Below are positions 37,219 through 49,877 of a stretch of 64,000 nt of DNA, piece after piece; within the stretch, counting starts at the first letter, position 1, and the number at the start of each line of letters is the position of its first letter. The DNA comes from Selaginella moellendorffii. Lineage: Eukaryota > Plantae > Lycopodiophyta. The stretch lies in contig NW_003314280.1 in assembly GCF_000143415.4 (NCBI RefSeq), positions 1,655,443-1,719,442 of the forward strand, written 5' to 3'. Position numbers and translations under genes: made by a program. The notes under the pieces were generated by a model, which saw nothing but the letters and a program-made list of their open reading frames with translations, was not told the origin of the DNA and made no database searches.

Positions 37219-38531
37219 ATGGCAAACGAGAAGGTGTGTGTCACCGGCGCTTCTGGTTTCCTGGCATCTTGGCTCGTGAAGCGGCTATTGGAGGAGGGAT
37301 ATCACGTCGTCGGGACTGTGCGCGATCCAGGTACATACAAACGAGAAGAAACATAGTCTAATTCTCTTGTTTGTGATCCTAGACGATGCAAGCAAGATTT
37401 CCCACCTGTGGGAGCTTCCAGGGGCGACAGAGAGGCTGGAGCTCAAGAAGGCCGACCTTGTCACGCAAGGGGCCTTTGATGATATTGTTCCAGGCTGCCA
37501 TGGAGTTTTCCATGTCGCAGCTGCCGTGACTTTCAGCTACAAGGAGGATCCACAGGTAACTTTGCTTTGACTCCTTCGATTCGGTCTAGTCTTTACTGGT
37601 TGTTTTTGCTTTCGGTTCTTCTTCCAGGCCGAGATTGTTGATCCATGCTTGCTTGGAACTCTAAACGTGCTCAATGCCTGCAAGAGATCCACGACAGTCA
37701 AGCGAGTGGTGTGCACGTCATCCGTGGCTGCTGTTCGCGTGAGGAACGACTTCAAGCCCGATGACGTCTTGGATGAATCGGTGTGGAGCTCCCCAGACTG
37801 CTGCCGTGAGACTCAGGCAAGTGTCTTATTTCCAAGGGACCAATTCTTAAAAAGTTTTTGAAGTCTAGATGTGGTATGGTCTGGGAAAGACTCTATCCGA
37901 GCAAGCAGCACTCGAGTTTGGGAAAGAAAGCGGCATAGATGTGATCACAATCGCTCCCAGCTTAATCACTGGAGAACTTCTCTCGTCCAGGCCCACCGCA
38001 AGCGCTGCCGATATTCTCCGGCTGCTCCAAGGCAAGCCTTTCTATATCGGAAGAAAAAAAAGAGGACGTTTTTGAGATTCCAACCTCATTGCAGGAGCCA
38101 AGCAGTGGATGGATCACGTTGGATACGTCCATCTCGACGACGTTGCTCAAGCTCACCTCCTCGCCTACACAAATCCCAAAGCCAGTGGAAGATACGTTTG
38201 CTCTGCTATCAACATGAGTGCGATCGAGCTCGCCAGCTTCATGTCCAAGAGGTATCCCAAGCACAAAATCGCCTCTACCGACGAGTAAGATCACGCAAAC
38301 AAACATTTAGTTTTCTGCCGCTGTTTTATACTCATTCCTTTGCTTTCTTGCAGGATCGAGGTCCGGTGGCCGGCAAATTTCAAGGGATTCAGCTCCAGAA
38401 AGCTTCAGGACGACCTTGGGATCCAATTCAAGTCGCTGGAGCAAATGTTCGACGATTGCGTTGAGAGCCTGGAACGCAAAGGCCTCTTACACGCAAGTAA
38501 GAGTAGATCGCTTGGCTCATTTCCCTCTTGA
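37219..38531 (+). CDS. NADPH-dependent reductase, DFR/CCR superfamily, TKPR1-like (copy 1), 6 exons
   Basis: [28 protein letters not shown], catalytic [20 protein letters not shown]. Confidence 0.88.
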
Positions 38532-38774
38532 TCCATGTAACGCAAGTGTGGCATGTATGGCTAGCAAAATAAGCACTAGTCATGATCGAAGCACTATAGG
38601 TCCGTCTCCACTGATTCTCCAGCTTTGCCAGCTCCAGCAGGAGCAAAGAGCGCTATTAAAAAAAATTAATTACAAAACCATATCAATCAATGAGCATGAA
38701 AACACACCCAATCGGTGAGCAATTGTTGCGAACTTGCTCCTGATGTGAACTATGAAACTGTGAGTGGATTTTAT

Positions 38775-38990
38775 GCAAGCTCTAGACTGGTCACACCTGA
38801 TAAGAGAACCTGATGAAACTCCACCGACGAGCGAACGATATTGAAAGCAAGCTCTTGACCGGTGTAATGAAAACCTGACAAGAGAATGAGATGAAAGTAA
38901 GCTCCAGACTGATGTAATGCAAACCTGACAAGAGAACAAGATGAGAGCAAACTCCAAATAAGAGAACTAGATGAGAGCAAACTCCATATC
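38775..38990 (+). repeat. Degenerate tandem repeat (~30-50 bp units)
   Basis: Recurrent CCTGACAAGAGAA..GATGARAGCAARCTCCA. Confidence 0.65.
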
Positions 38991-39142
38991 AGTGGAGGCC
39001 CTGGCATCTCAAGTGCTAAAGGAGCATGCTTAGCTAGAGTTTGGTAGATTGAATCAAATAGTTATTGAATCTCAAATTTTATAAAATTTAAATCACTGAA
39101 TCTTTACATCATCTATATCCACATAACAATTTTGCATGCGAC

Positions 39143-39250
39143 GGGGGCTGGGTTAAGTTGTCTGGAAAAATGTTTGTTCTAGCTCGTCTACTGGAGAACC
39201 TACGGAAGAAAACAAACGATAGGATCGTGCTTGTATCGAATTATACACAG
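39143..39250 (+). pseudogene. Isolated RAD54-like helicase exon fragment
   Basis: WVKLSGKMFVLARLLENLRKKTNDRIVLVSNYTQ. No flanking exons. Confidence 0.75.
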
Positions 39251-39830
39251 CATCTTCTCATCCTCGGGATCAGCCCTCTTCCTCCCCTGTTTGTGCACCA
39301 CCGCCATCGAAATCCAAGAGAGTTGAATCGATTCGACATCGCCCATTTAAATGCGAAAGATCGAAGAGAAAGGAGAGAGACTCGTGTTTACATATGGGCG
39401 ACTGAGCAAGAGCTTCCTGAAATCTCTACAAGTCGATGCCACTCCGGAGGCGGCGGTGGCGGCAGCGGCGGCAGTGCTGAGAGGATTGAAGCTGCTCAAT
39501 TCGAACGGCGGTGGCGCCGATGATGCCAAGATCATCACAGCATTTGCGCTGGTCGCCGGGGAGGACCGACATCTCATCAATTGGCCCGAAAGACCCAATG
39601 CGCTCCTCATCGCGATATATAGTAACTGGCAAACAATCTTTCCTCCGATCGATCGATCGATCGATCGACGAACCGGGAACCAAATTTGAAGAGGGATTTC
39701 AAATCAAAGCCTTTTGCCACGTAGGCGTCGCCAAGATTTTTAACTCCCTTTTGCTTAACTTTTATTTAAAAGGCAGTGAATAGTGTATAGGTTTGGATTA
39801 AAGCGAAGGGTTTTTTCCACTAGTGGTGAG

Positions 39831-40457
39831 ATGACAAGCAAAGATTTTTCTGGACTGTTGGTTCTTGCGGACGCTGCAGCCTTGCAGCCAAGTTTTTCGA
39901 AGACATTTGTCCTGAGAAGGAAGCGGTCTCCACGGAAATCCATGCTCTGGAGGGCTCTACTTTGGTTCACGGCGGATATGAGCACCAGCGAGCCCGATTC
40001 CAACGGCAAAAGACGAGTGATTAACCAGGAAGCTAGGCAGCTACACGAGAAGAAACGAAGAAAGGTGGTGGTCATGGACGAATGCCGGAAACGCGAGGAT
40101 CCCCTCGTCACCTGCGATCCATCTCGTTGGGCTCTACTATTTGGCAAGAAGCTGACCGCCAGCGACGTGAATAGCCTGCACAGATTGCTCATCCCGGTCA
40201 AGTACGAGTCGATTCTCCCGAATGATCAAAAGGTTCTCGTGGAATTTGTGGACGAAGAGGGCGGAGTTTGGGAGCTCCGATGCAAGAAAGGGAAAACTGG
40301 GAGCCTGATCACAACACACTGGATTCATTACGTGAGGGAGCACTCGCTCAAGGAAGGAGACACTGTTTGTTTTTACAAGAAGGTTTCCTCGGCTGATCCT
40401 AAGTTTGGAATTTCATTTGCTAGAACTTCTGGAAAGGCAAAAGGTCATTCACACTAA
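39831..40457 (+). CDS. Intronless B3-domain (RAV-like) DNA-binding protein
   Basis: LFGKKLTASDVNSLHRLLIP...W...WIHYVREHSLKEGDTVCF, preceded by a basic NLS-like stretch. Confidence 0.8.
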   Translation: MTSKDFSGLLVLADAAALQPSFSKTFVLRRKRSPRKSMLWRALLWFTADMSTSEPDSNGKRRVINQEARQLHEKKRRKVVVMDECRKREDPLVTCDPSRWALLFGKKLTASDVNSLHRLLIPVKYESILPNDQKVLVEFVDEEGGVWELRCKKGKTGSLITTHWIHYVREHSLKEGDTVCFYKKVSSADPKFGISFARTSGKAKGHSH

Positions 40458-41700
40458 AGTTTGGGCCGCCTGCGTGTGAGAAAGATGTCAGCCAAGAACA
40501 ATCCCGGTACGGAAGCGTCTCCTGTGTCCGTACAAAACTTGGAGAACTTGCTGGGGCGGTCTCGAGATGGCCATGGCGTAGCATTCGCGGAGATCAGATT
40601 CCCGTTTACTTGCTTCTCGGCTCCACGGTTTTGATGCACACTCAAGCCCTCGTCAGCCTTTCTTGTGTGATCAAGCTTGCGACGGAGATCCGAGACGGCG
40701 ACTGTGACGTTGTGCGGAGGCAACTTGTTTTCCATGATCTCGAAGAGCAGTGCCCGGATCACTGCGTCCTGGCCGGCTTGGACTCCCATAACCACTGTTT
40801 TGAGGAAACAAAGAATCTCTTGAAAATCTTCATAAAAACTTGTAATTCTTTGTTACCTTTCGTGCTTGAATGCCAGTGACTCGATTGCTCGAATCTACGA
40901 GCGTGTTGAGGCCAATGTACGGTATCACATATGCAGCAATGAGAAAGTTTGCGTCGTTTTCGTACGGATCAAACTGCAAAGAACCACCATCAACTTCGGC
41001 GTGATTGTGAATGAGAGCATGCTGATGAGGGAATTCCACACTCCAGCATTGATGTTTAGCAGGGGGCAATCCATGATAAGCTGGACAAACAATCGATTTG
41101 TCGGCCGTGTGAAAACAACTTTAGAAAAAAAGACTTGAGAGAAAGAATGTTAACTACCTGATATGACCTGTAGATTGGAGCCTAAGTTCTTTGGCAACAT
41201 GCTCCATTCGTGTAGAGAGTTGAGCTTTGCGGCCTCCAATAGGCGGTGGCCCCTTCTTGGCAAGCTTTGCATTAACTTTGTCAAGCCCATGTCCAAACAC
41301 TGCATGGAGGAAGAACTCCGCTTGGAGATAGTGAACGTTGAGAGCAAGGTTGATTCAATCGACATCGCTGGAGGTGAAGTTTACTGGCGGCGGTGGTGGC
41401 GGGCACAAAGGTAGCGGTGGCGGTGGTGGTAGCATTGGAGGCCGCAGAAATGGAAAGGAGGGCCATGGAAAGTGCGGGTTGATGTTATACCACCAGGGAA
41501 GTCCATTGTTGTCATCTTTTGCGAGTGATCTCGAGAGCCGGTTCAGGAAAAATTGATAGACTTTCCAGAGTTCTTGGAAATCCCGGGATGCTTGGGTTGT
41601 TTCGAGTGCTTTCGATGGTGCTGTAGATCAAGAAGAAATCGATCGAAAGCAGCAGCAGCAGTGCCGGACGACAGTTACTTTCAACTGACCCAGGGATGTC
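40454..41700 (-). pseudogene. Desiccation-related PCC13-62 (ferritin-like) pseudogene with a Pro-rich N-terminus
   Basis: LNVHYLQAEFFLHAVFGHGLD...GPPPIGGRKA, FDPYENDANFLIAAYVIPYIGL, AGQDAVIRALL, DEGL...GAE. One stop and several deletions. Confidence 0.8.
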
Positions 41701-41778
41701 AACTTGGCTCAAATTAAATCATTCAAAATGTTTATTTGTACAAAACATCTCTTGCTAAAGTGACCAATTTTCATCAAA

Positions 41779-42102
41779 CTAGAGATCTTTGAGACGTTCC
41801 CCCCAGTCGACCTCGGAGCAAGAAACTTGATCCAATCTTAACTCTTCAAGTGGTTCTTGCTTCATCACGAGTTCATTGTCCACCTCTCTAGGTTCTTTAA
41901 GTTCAAAGAAACTTGCTTGATCCATCTCGGATCCTTCCAGATCCATGAGAGAGCACAAGGCTGGAGGGTACAAGGGGACCCTCTTGTGTGGAGAACACGT
42001 CCTCTTGGTCGACCGAGTTAGGTTCTTCGAAGAACGGGGACGTGGAGAATGCTTCCTCTTGTTAGACCAAGTTGGCTTCAAGGAGGAATTTGGGGATCCC
42101 AT
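41779..42102 (-). CDS. Possible small orphan protein (107 aa)
   Basis: ATG-initiated ORF with TATATAAAT ~30 bp upstream. No recognisable domain. Confidence 0.25.
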   Translation of the reverse strand: MGSPNSSLKPTWSNKRKHSPRPRSSKNLTRSTKRTCSPHKRVPLYPPALCSLMDLEGSEMDQASFFELKEPREVDNELVMKQEPLEELRLDQVSCSEVDWGERLKDL

Positions 42103-42203
42103 CGTTTTTCCTTCTTATAGACCTTCATGGATTTATATAAAACTAAGCTCCCCTTTTAACCACTTATTTTAAAAATAAATTAGATTAAAACTTACCTGAA
42201 TTA

Positions 42204-42950
42204 TCAATAGTCTCCACAATAGCACGTCCCATTGTCAAAGTGATGGAAGAGATGGCTGTCTCTCACGACAATCTCTCTTCCCGTGATCTTGGAGATAAAC
42301 TTGGTGGCAGTGTGACAGTCCCCACACATGCGCATGTTCTTGATGATCCTCAGCGAAGTTCCTGGGGTTGTGCTGATCAACCCAAACGCAATTGCCAGCT
42401 TCTCGCTGTGATACGAGAGCAAGCGCTTCTTTTGCTCGTCCCCCACGTCGTGAAGCATGAGAGTGGTGTCCATCTCCGTCTCCAGCTCCTCCAAGATCTC
42501 TGGAGTTCGAGCATTTATCGTGTTCCCCGTGAAGAACTCGTGGACTCTTCACTTCACCGCGATGGAGCTGAAAGCTGGCTCCTTCCTGATGTTCTTCTCA
42601 TACATGAGCCTTCCAATCTTGCCCCCCTCATCCTTCTTCCTGACTTCGTTGTAGAGATTCGACAGCACCATGTATGCCACAGAGCATTCCAGCGTGAGCT
42701 CCATCAGCTCAGCGGACTTTCTAGCTCGCTCCACGTCCTTGTGAACTTTGGAGGCTCCCAGCATCGTGGAGTGGATCACCTGGTCGGGCTTGAGAGGTGC
42801 CGTGGCTATAAACTTCTCGGCAGCATCGAGCTTGGCTATGAGGTCCACCATGCAGTAGTAGTGCGGGAGATCGTCGGGTAGTTGTGGAGGAGCGACACAA
42901 AGAGCTGGACGCTGTCTTTGATGAGGCCACCATAGCTGCAAGCCGAGAAG
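42204..42950 (-). pseudogene. PPR-DYW gene 3' fragment (E/E+/DYW)
   Basis: [39 protein letters not shown] (terminal W codon is TGA). Internal stop. Confidence 0.9.
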
Positions 42951-43527
42951 AGCCATTATTAACAATGAGTTGCTTTGAGTAAGCATATGCTAGGTGGCAG
43001 CCTTCTTTGCATGACATTCATTGTGGAAGACCAAAGTTTAATTAATTTTGATGGCTAAAGTTTGTTAGGACTTGGTTAGAGAACCGAAGTAAGACCTCTT
43101 AACACTGACACTACCTTTAGGCTACTTAGGACTTTAAGAATCACAAAGCACTCTTGGTGATTGGACTGGGTCTTGGAGATGAATTCATTCATCTTCTTGA
43201 TTTGGGATTCTCTCTTGCAGCCAAAGCCACTAATACAAAATTGGTTCTTACCTAAAAGTTTTTTCTTTTCACATACAACTCATAAAACCTTGATATGAGG
43301 TTGCACCTATGGAAAAAATGGTATATAGATGAAGTGAATGTGATGAACCTCCTTGAGAAGTCCATCTGGAAGCCTAATCACCACCATGTTACTGCCTTCT
43401 AGCTGAAGTGGTCATTTATTGCCAATGTAAACTTGTTATGAAGCATGGAGAGGCTTCTAGGTGTGAAACACAAACCTCAAGGGAGTCATGTGAAATGAAG
43501 CACCACTATCCAGCCATAACACTTCCA

Positions 43528-44169
43528 TATAAGCAACTAAAAAGAACAACTCGAGAGATGATCTATAGGGTTTAAACATAGAGGGAAAGGGCCCATGAAC
43601 AAAAATACACCCCCTTTTCCAATTGGTTAAGGTACTTGGGGTTAAGTGTAATTGGGTTTGAGTAGTATTGGGTTGGATGACTTCCTGGGAAGTCTAAATT
43701 CAAGAGCTTACATTTGGTATCAAAGGGGTCTTGGGTTCGACTCTGTTGGTTGGCTTAGGGGAATAACACCACATATTAATTGACATCTAGTAGGTCCAGT
43801 TTGCTCCAGCCAGGTTCGACCTGAGGGGTAGGGTGTCAAGAGAGTGGGGCTCTCAGAAGAGCTGCGGCTCTCAACTTCCATTCACATGGGCATGAATGAA
43901 GGGTAAGGTGTCAAGAGAGTGGGGCTCTCGAGAGAGCCACTTTTAGCTTTTGTTCACGAGGGCGTGAACTTGCAGGGAAGCGTAATGGATTGTAAGCAAC
44001 CAAAGGGAACGACTCAAAAGATGATCATGGGGTTCAAATATAGAGGGAAAGGGCCCATAAACAAAAGTGCACCCCTTTTTTAATCGGTTAAGGTGGGGTT
44101 AAATGTCTTTAGGTTTGAATAGTATTGGGCTGAATGACTTCCCAGGAAGTCCAAATTCAAGAATTTACA
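43528..44169 (+). mobile_element. Cassandra-type TRIM with 5S rRNA-like LTRs
   Basis: LTRs 43528-43712 and 43991-44169, PBS TGGTATCAAAG at 43715, 5S A/IE/C-box-like tract at 43641-43694, decayed TSD TTCCA/CTCTA. Confidence 0.88.
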
Positions 44170-44265
44170 CTCTAGAGCAGACACTGGTGATGGAGAAAAC
44201 TCACCTTTTCACTAATTGCCTCTTAAATTGTTAATATGTTGCCTGAAAGATTGCGAACTATACCT

Positions 44266-44956
44266 TATAGATGTCTGGATTTTTTTGTGTGTAATGCTTA
44301 GTTAACTTCATTACTTTTGGTATGGTTATATACACAATGGTATGGGTGTGACACTTGGCATTTAGTGTTTTACATGGATGATTTGGCTTGTTTGCTAATG
44401 AGGAGACTTATCATTAGTCATCTCCACAAGGCTGTGGCATGGTGGTGATCAAGTTTCTAGATGGACTTCTCAAGGAGGTTCATCACATTTACTTTGTTGT
44501 AGTGCAGCCTTGGATCAAGGCCTTACCACCACTTTCTTTATAAAAGGGTGCACAATTTGAGCTCATCTATAGCTAGTGGTGTCTGGTATGAAACTCTCTA
44601 CTATTTAAATGTAGAACTAATATTTCCAACTTAAGTGCTTACTTTTCAAACACACAAAACCATTGAGCTATGGCACCACCACCAACTCTGTGAAGAAAGT
44701 GGTGGTAAGGCAACAATCAATGGTGACAAAGTGAATGTGATGAACCTCATTAAAAGGTCCCTCTAGAAACTTGATCATCACCATGCCATGGCCTTGTAGA
44801 GATGAGTGACGACAAGTCTCCTCATCAGCAAACAAGCCAAGTCATCCATACAAGACACTAAATGCCAAGTGTCACACCCATACCATTATGTATATAACCA
44901 TACCAAAGTAATGAAGTCGACAAAGCATTACACACACAAAAATCCAGATATCTACA
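44266..44956. repeat. Fold-back structure with ~270-bp arms, each a ~163-bp copia LTR plus a protease-region fragment
   Basis: 44266-44538 is the imperfect reverse complement of 44693-44956. Confidence 0.85.
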
Positions 44957-46096
44957 TGGGTTTGTTTTGATTTTGATGGCATTTCAATGAATGAGATTTA
45001 CACACTTTAGCTTGCAACAAGCTCACAAAAAGCATCATTTGGGCATGTGTGAAACTGGCTATCTTGACAAGCAAATTTGCCTTCCATTCACATCAAGAAC
45101 ATGAAGTAGGCTTGCTAGATCTGGTTCATAGTGACATGTGGTACCTACCTATAGAAACACTTAGCCATAAGAGGTACTTTGTGTCTTTTATCGATGACCA
45201 TTCCAAGTACACTATGGTGAGTCTTCTCCATGCAAAGAGAGTGTTTGAGCATTTCAAGCTTTTCAAGAGTTGGGTAGAAACCTTTACTAGAAGGAAATAC
45301 ACATGGATGGTGGTGGTGAGTACATGAGCAGTGAGTTTCTCAACTTCTTGATTGAGGCTAGCATCATTCATCAGTATACAACAGCCTATACTCCCCAGTA
45401 GAATAGCATGGCAAAGCAACTCAATCACACTCTATTAGAGACTGTCCTCTCTAGTATGCAGCTTTACCCAAATCCTTTTGGGGTGAAGCAATGAACATGG
45501 CTATTTATATCTGTAGCTATCTAAAACTTATAGCCTTGTTGTGAAGCTAACAATCATTTGTCTTTTGATGAGCTTGTAGTTGAGCTCAACCTAAAGCTCC
45601 ATCAACTTGATGTAAGAAATGTTTTCCTCAATGGTGATCTTGAGGAGGAAGTGTACATTACTCAGCCTCTTGGGTTTGTATGTTCCTGTCAAGACCATCT
45701 TGTCAACTACTTAGACAAGGCACTATATGAGCTGAAACAAAGTCCCAAATCAACAAAATTAACAGTTTTTTGATGTTGGGTTTTACTTAATAACAATCTT
45801 TATATATATCAAGATGGTTAAGGATTTCCATTCTTAGCCTTATATATGGATGATACATTATTCCAAACAGATGCAGCTCATCAACTGGATTGAGACTTAC
45901 CTTGTTGCCAAATTCAAGATGACCAATCTAGGAGATTTGAACTACTACTTGAGAATTCAAATAGGTAATATGAAATACTAAAGCTCTCCTAAGAGAAATA
46001 TATCCATGATATTCTCCAAAGGTACTCTATATTTAATGCTAATTTGGTGGTTACTTGTAGCTCACCTGAATTTGGAGCCAAACTCCAAGCCTATTG

Positions 46097-49000
46097 TGTT
46101 ACAAAACAAGGGTCTAGTACAATCCCACGAGCACCAACTCCCTATATCTAGCACCTACATGCAAAATGGTATTAGACAGTGTTTGGCACAATTTTAGTAT
46201 ACCGGTGGCCTAATGAAAGGAGGAGGGTACCCCACCAACTAGAGTAGTGTGGAGCTTAGGCTTAGACCCAAGCCAGACACAGAACAAAGAGCGATACAGC
46301 CTAATAGGAGCCAAACTAATGTCTTAAGTGTAATGTCTTAGGTGGTCAGACATACATTCCATCCACTATCCCTACTATACATTTGGAACCCCCTATAAAA
46401 GGAAAACACACTTTGGGTTTTCACCCCAAGCCTCCTTTAGTACGAGGAGTTAGTCTCTGGGACAAGTTTGAAACTTACTAAATATGGAATGTCCCTAGAT
46501 TGTGAATTTGGACATGGGACGAACACTATTGTGTTCAAGCCAATCTCTACATTCTGTAGATATGCCAAATGAGTGAATCTAAACACTTTTCATAATTAGT
46601 ATTTGGGATTGAAATGAGACTAATATAAAGGGTATGATAGTAAAAGTGTTTGGCAGATATGGTAAGCTATCATATAACGATATTGAGGGACTAAACTTAA
46701 TATCGAGGGGGTTCCCAACACTAACAAGAGTAAGTCAACAAATGAGTTTTTCTAACCAGGTCAAGTATGATTGACAAATACCATGTAAAAATTCCGTCCT
46801 TATGCTCATCTGGTCAAGTGCACATGCAATAACTAGTTTCTCAAACTAACTTGGGTGGAGACCATAAAAGAGATCAATAGTACCGACCTCTTGCCGTCGT
46901 GGCAGTAAGGAAAGAGTGTCTATAAGGACTAACCGACAAGTATCTTTCGATACTCAAAGTCACATTCGCGACACTCTCCCCCCCTTAGGGAAGATCGACA
47001 TCCTCATCGATACATACCCGAGTCTAGCAAATTGTCAAAGAAACAACTCCGAAAGTTAACGGAAAGCACACTATGTAAAAACACACTGACTTAAATGAGT
47101 TATAGAATGACCTCTCCTCTACGTTCGAAGATGTTAAGACTCAGACACCCTCCGCCTGTCATCGACAAAGAAATGACTAATGGAGTTAGCCACCCTTACT
47201 GCTCCAAGTACCACTCGGCTTACAAAGGAATGATACATCCTTGCCCGCAGGGACATAGAGAGAAGGCCAGAGGCCCAATTGCCCCTGAGCAAGAAATCAA
47301 CCCCATCGGGAAGATTTAGATAACTATTATAAACTGGCAGATTAAGTTGTTTACATGACCACACCCCTTTTCAAAAATGAATCATTGAGAGAAAGGCAAG
47401 GACTTGTGATCAGTCTATAATAGTTATCCCCATAGTTATGGATTAGACGCATGCACCGAAGTGCCGAAGTCAACCTGCCAAAATTGACCCAAGTACTAAC
47501 GANNNNNNNNNNNNNNNNNNNNNNNNNNNNNNNNNNNNNNNNNNNNNNNNNNNNNNNNNNNNNNNNNNNNNNNNNNNNNNNNNNNNNNNNNNNNNNNNNN
47601 NNNNNNNNNNNNNNNNNNNNNNNNNNNNNNNNNNNNNNNNNNNNNNNNNNNNNNNNNNNNNNNNNNNNNNNNNNNNNNNNNNNNNNNNNNNNNNNNNNNN
47701 NNNNNNNNNNNNNNNNNNNNNNNNNNNNNNNNNNNNNNNNNNNNNNNNNNNNNNNNNNNNNNNNNNNNNNNNNNNNNNNNNNNNNNNNNNNNNNNNNNNN
47801 NNNNNNNNNNNNNNNNNNNNNNNNNNNNNNNNNNNNNNNNNNNNNNNNNNNNNNNNNNNNNNNNNNNNNNNNNNNNNNNNNNNNNNNNNNNNNNNNNNNN
47901 NNNNNNNNNNNNNNNNNNNNNNNNNNNNNNNNNNNNNNNNNNNNNNNNNNNNNNNNNNNNNNNNNNNNNNNNNNNNNNNNNNNNNNNNNNNNNNNNNNNN
48001 NNNNNNNTGATAAAATACATCACCAATTCATTCCAACACTCGATAGGGTCCAACATATCTCGGCAAGAGCTTCCGAGAGAAAGAACCTTAATGTTCAAGT
48101 TCTAGGACGATAGCCACACTTGATCTCCCACTTGATAGGATACATTCCGACGATACTGATCTTTATCACGTTGATACCTATCTTGAGCTTTACCCATCAC
48201 CTCAGTAGCTCTACACCAACCTTGGCGTAGCTACTCTGCATAAGTCTCAATGGCCGGGACTAACACTTTGGACATTAGTTTCGGTACAACAATCTATTGA
48301 GGAACCCCATGAGCATTCCCTTGTAGCATCTCCCATGAAGAACAGCCAATAGCGCTGTGAAATGTGTTGTTATATCAAATTTCTACTGTGTCTAAATGCT
48401 CAACTTAGTCGCGTTGGTTTGCCGCAATATAGTACCACAGATAATCTTCAACTTGAGCATTCACACGTTTGGTCTACCCATTAGTTTGAGGATGATAAGC
48501 CATACTAAACTTTAACTTGGTACTAAATAACTGGAATAGTGTGCCCCAAAACTTCCCCGTAAATCTCGAATCTCTATCCGAGATCATCTCTTTCGGAAGA
48601 CCATAAACCCACACTACTTCATGGAAAAGGAGCTTTGCTGCTTGTTTCGCATTCATTGTTCCCATAGTTGGAATGAAGTGTGCAATCTTCAACAACTAAT
48701 CATCAACCACCATCAAAGTATCATAACCTTTAGATTTCGGCAAACAAGTGACAAAATCAAGTGTCATACTCTAAAATGGCCATGCTGGTGCTAGAATGCA
48801 CTGCAACTTTCCAGTTTGTTTCTCAGTTCTGCGCTTACATTACTGGCATATAGGGCAGGAATGGACATAGTTCGTTGCATCACCTTCCATACCAAACCAG
48901 AAAAATCCCTTTTTCAATGAAGCCAGAGTCTTTTGCTTTCCACCATATCCTACTACCGAAACATCATGATGTTCCCTCAAAAACAACTGTTGCAAATCCT

Positions 49001-49877
49001 TAGAGGGAAGATACAATCTTTCCTGCTTATAGAATATAAGCCCATCCCGAACTGAGAAGTGAAGCTTTGCATTGGTTTGACTAGTAACTTTTGCCGCTTC
49101 GCTACCAGAGTTCTACCTTGACAACTCCGCACAGTGCAAGATTGCCTTTGCCAATGGATCACTTCCATATGAAGCCTAAACATCCTCCAACCAGTCCGAA
49201 CTGATTGCCGATATTGCCCAGAACTGAGCCTGATGACTCAATGCATCCGGAACAATATTGTCTTTACCAGGTTTATATATGATTTCAATATCATATCTAG
49301 CAAGCTTCTCTTGCCAACAGGCTTGCTTCGGCATAAGCTTAGCCTACGTAGCAAAGTAGCTCAGTGTATTACTATCTATATAAACCTTGGTGTGTCCACC
49401 CAAGTAGTGTCTCCAATGTTCTAGTGCCGACACTATAGCAAACATTTCTTTCTCATGCGTTAGCCATCTTCGTTGGGTTTCATCCAATTTCTTGGAATAG
49501 AATGCAATAAGACAACCATATTGCCCTAACATAACACTAACCACTTTGTCACAATCTTGCTGCAACACGGCACCAATAACATAGTCAGATGCATCACAAT
49601 GCACTTCACAAGGGTTTATCAAAATCCAAAATCCTAAGAACAAGAACCATAGTCAAAATCTCCTTCAACCATACAAAAGCACGCTGGCAAGCTGGTGTCT
49701 AATGAAACAGTATACTACTCTTCATTAACTCAGTCAATGGAAGAGCAATTTTTGCAAAATTGCAGACAAACTTGCAATAATATCCCACCAAACTGAGAAA
49801 AGAACGAATATCTGATACAATGGTCGGAACTTCCCAAGACTTCACCACTTCCATGTTCTTTGGATCCACCTCAATTA
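46097..49877 (-). mobile_element. 5'-truncated Ty3/gypsy family A copy: 3' LTR ~46097-46973, integrase, RNase H
   Basis: Homology to 1-1360. ISDRDSRFTGKFW, YHPQTNG, CDASDYVIGAVL. Contains gap 47503-48007. Confidence 0.85.
47503..48007. other. Assembly gap
   Basis: Run of N. Confidence 1.

Noticed and set aside
38775-38990. Repeat-spacer-like pattern (CRISPR)
   Set aside because: Eukaryotic context, degenerate units, no unique spacers or cas genes.
43641-43694. Functional 5S rRNA gene
   Set aside because: Only the internal promoter part is present, inside LTRs.
47451-48113. ORFs spanning N runs
   Set aside because: Gap artefacts.
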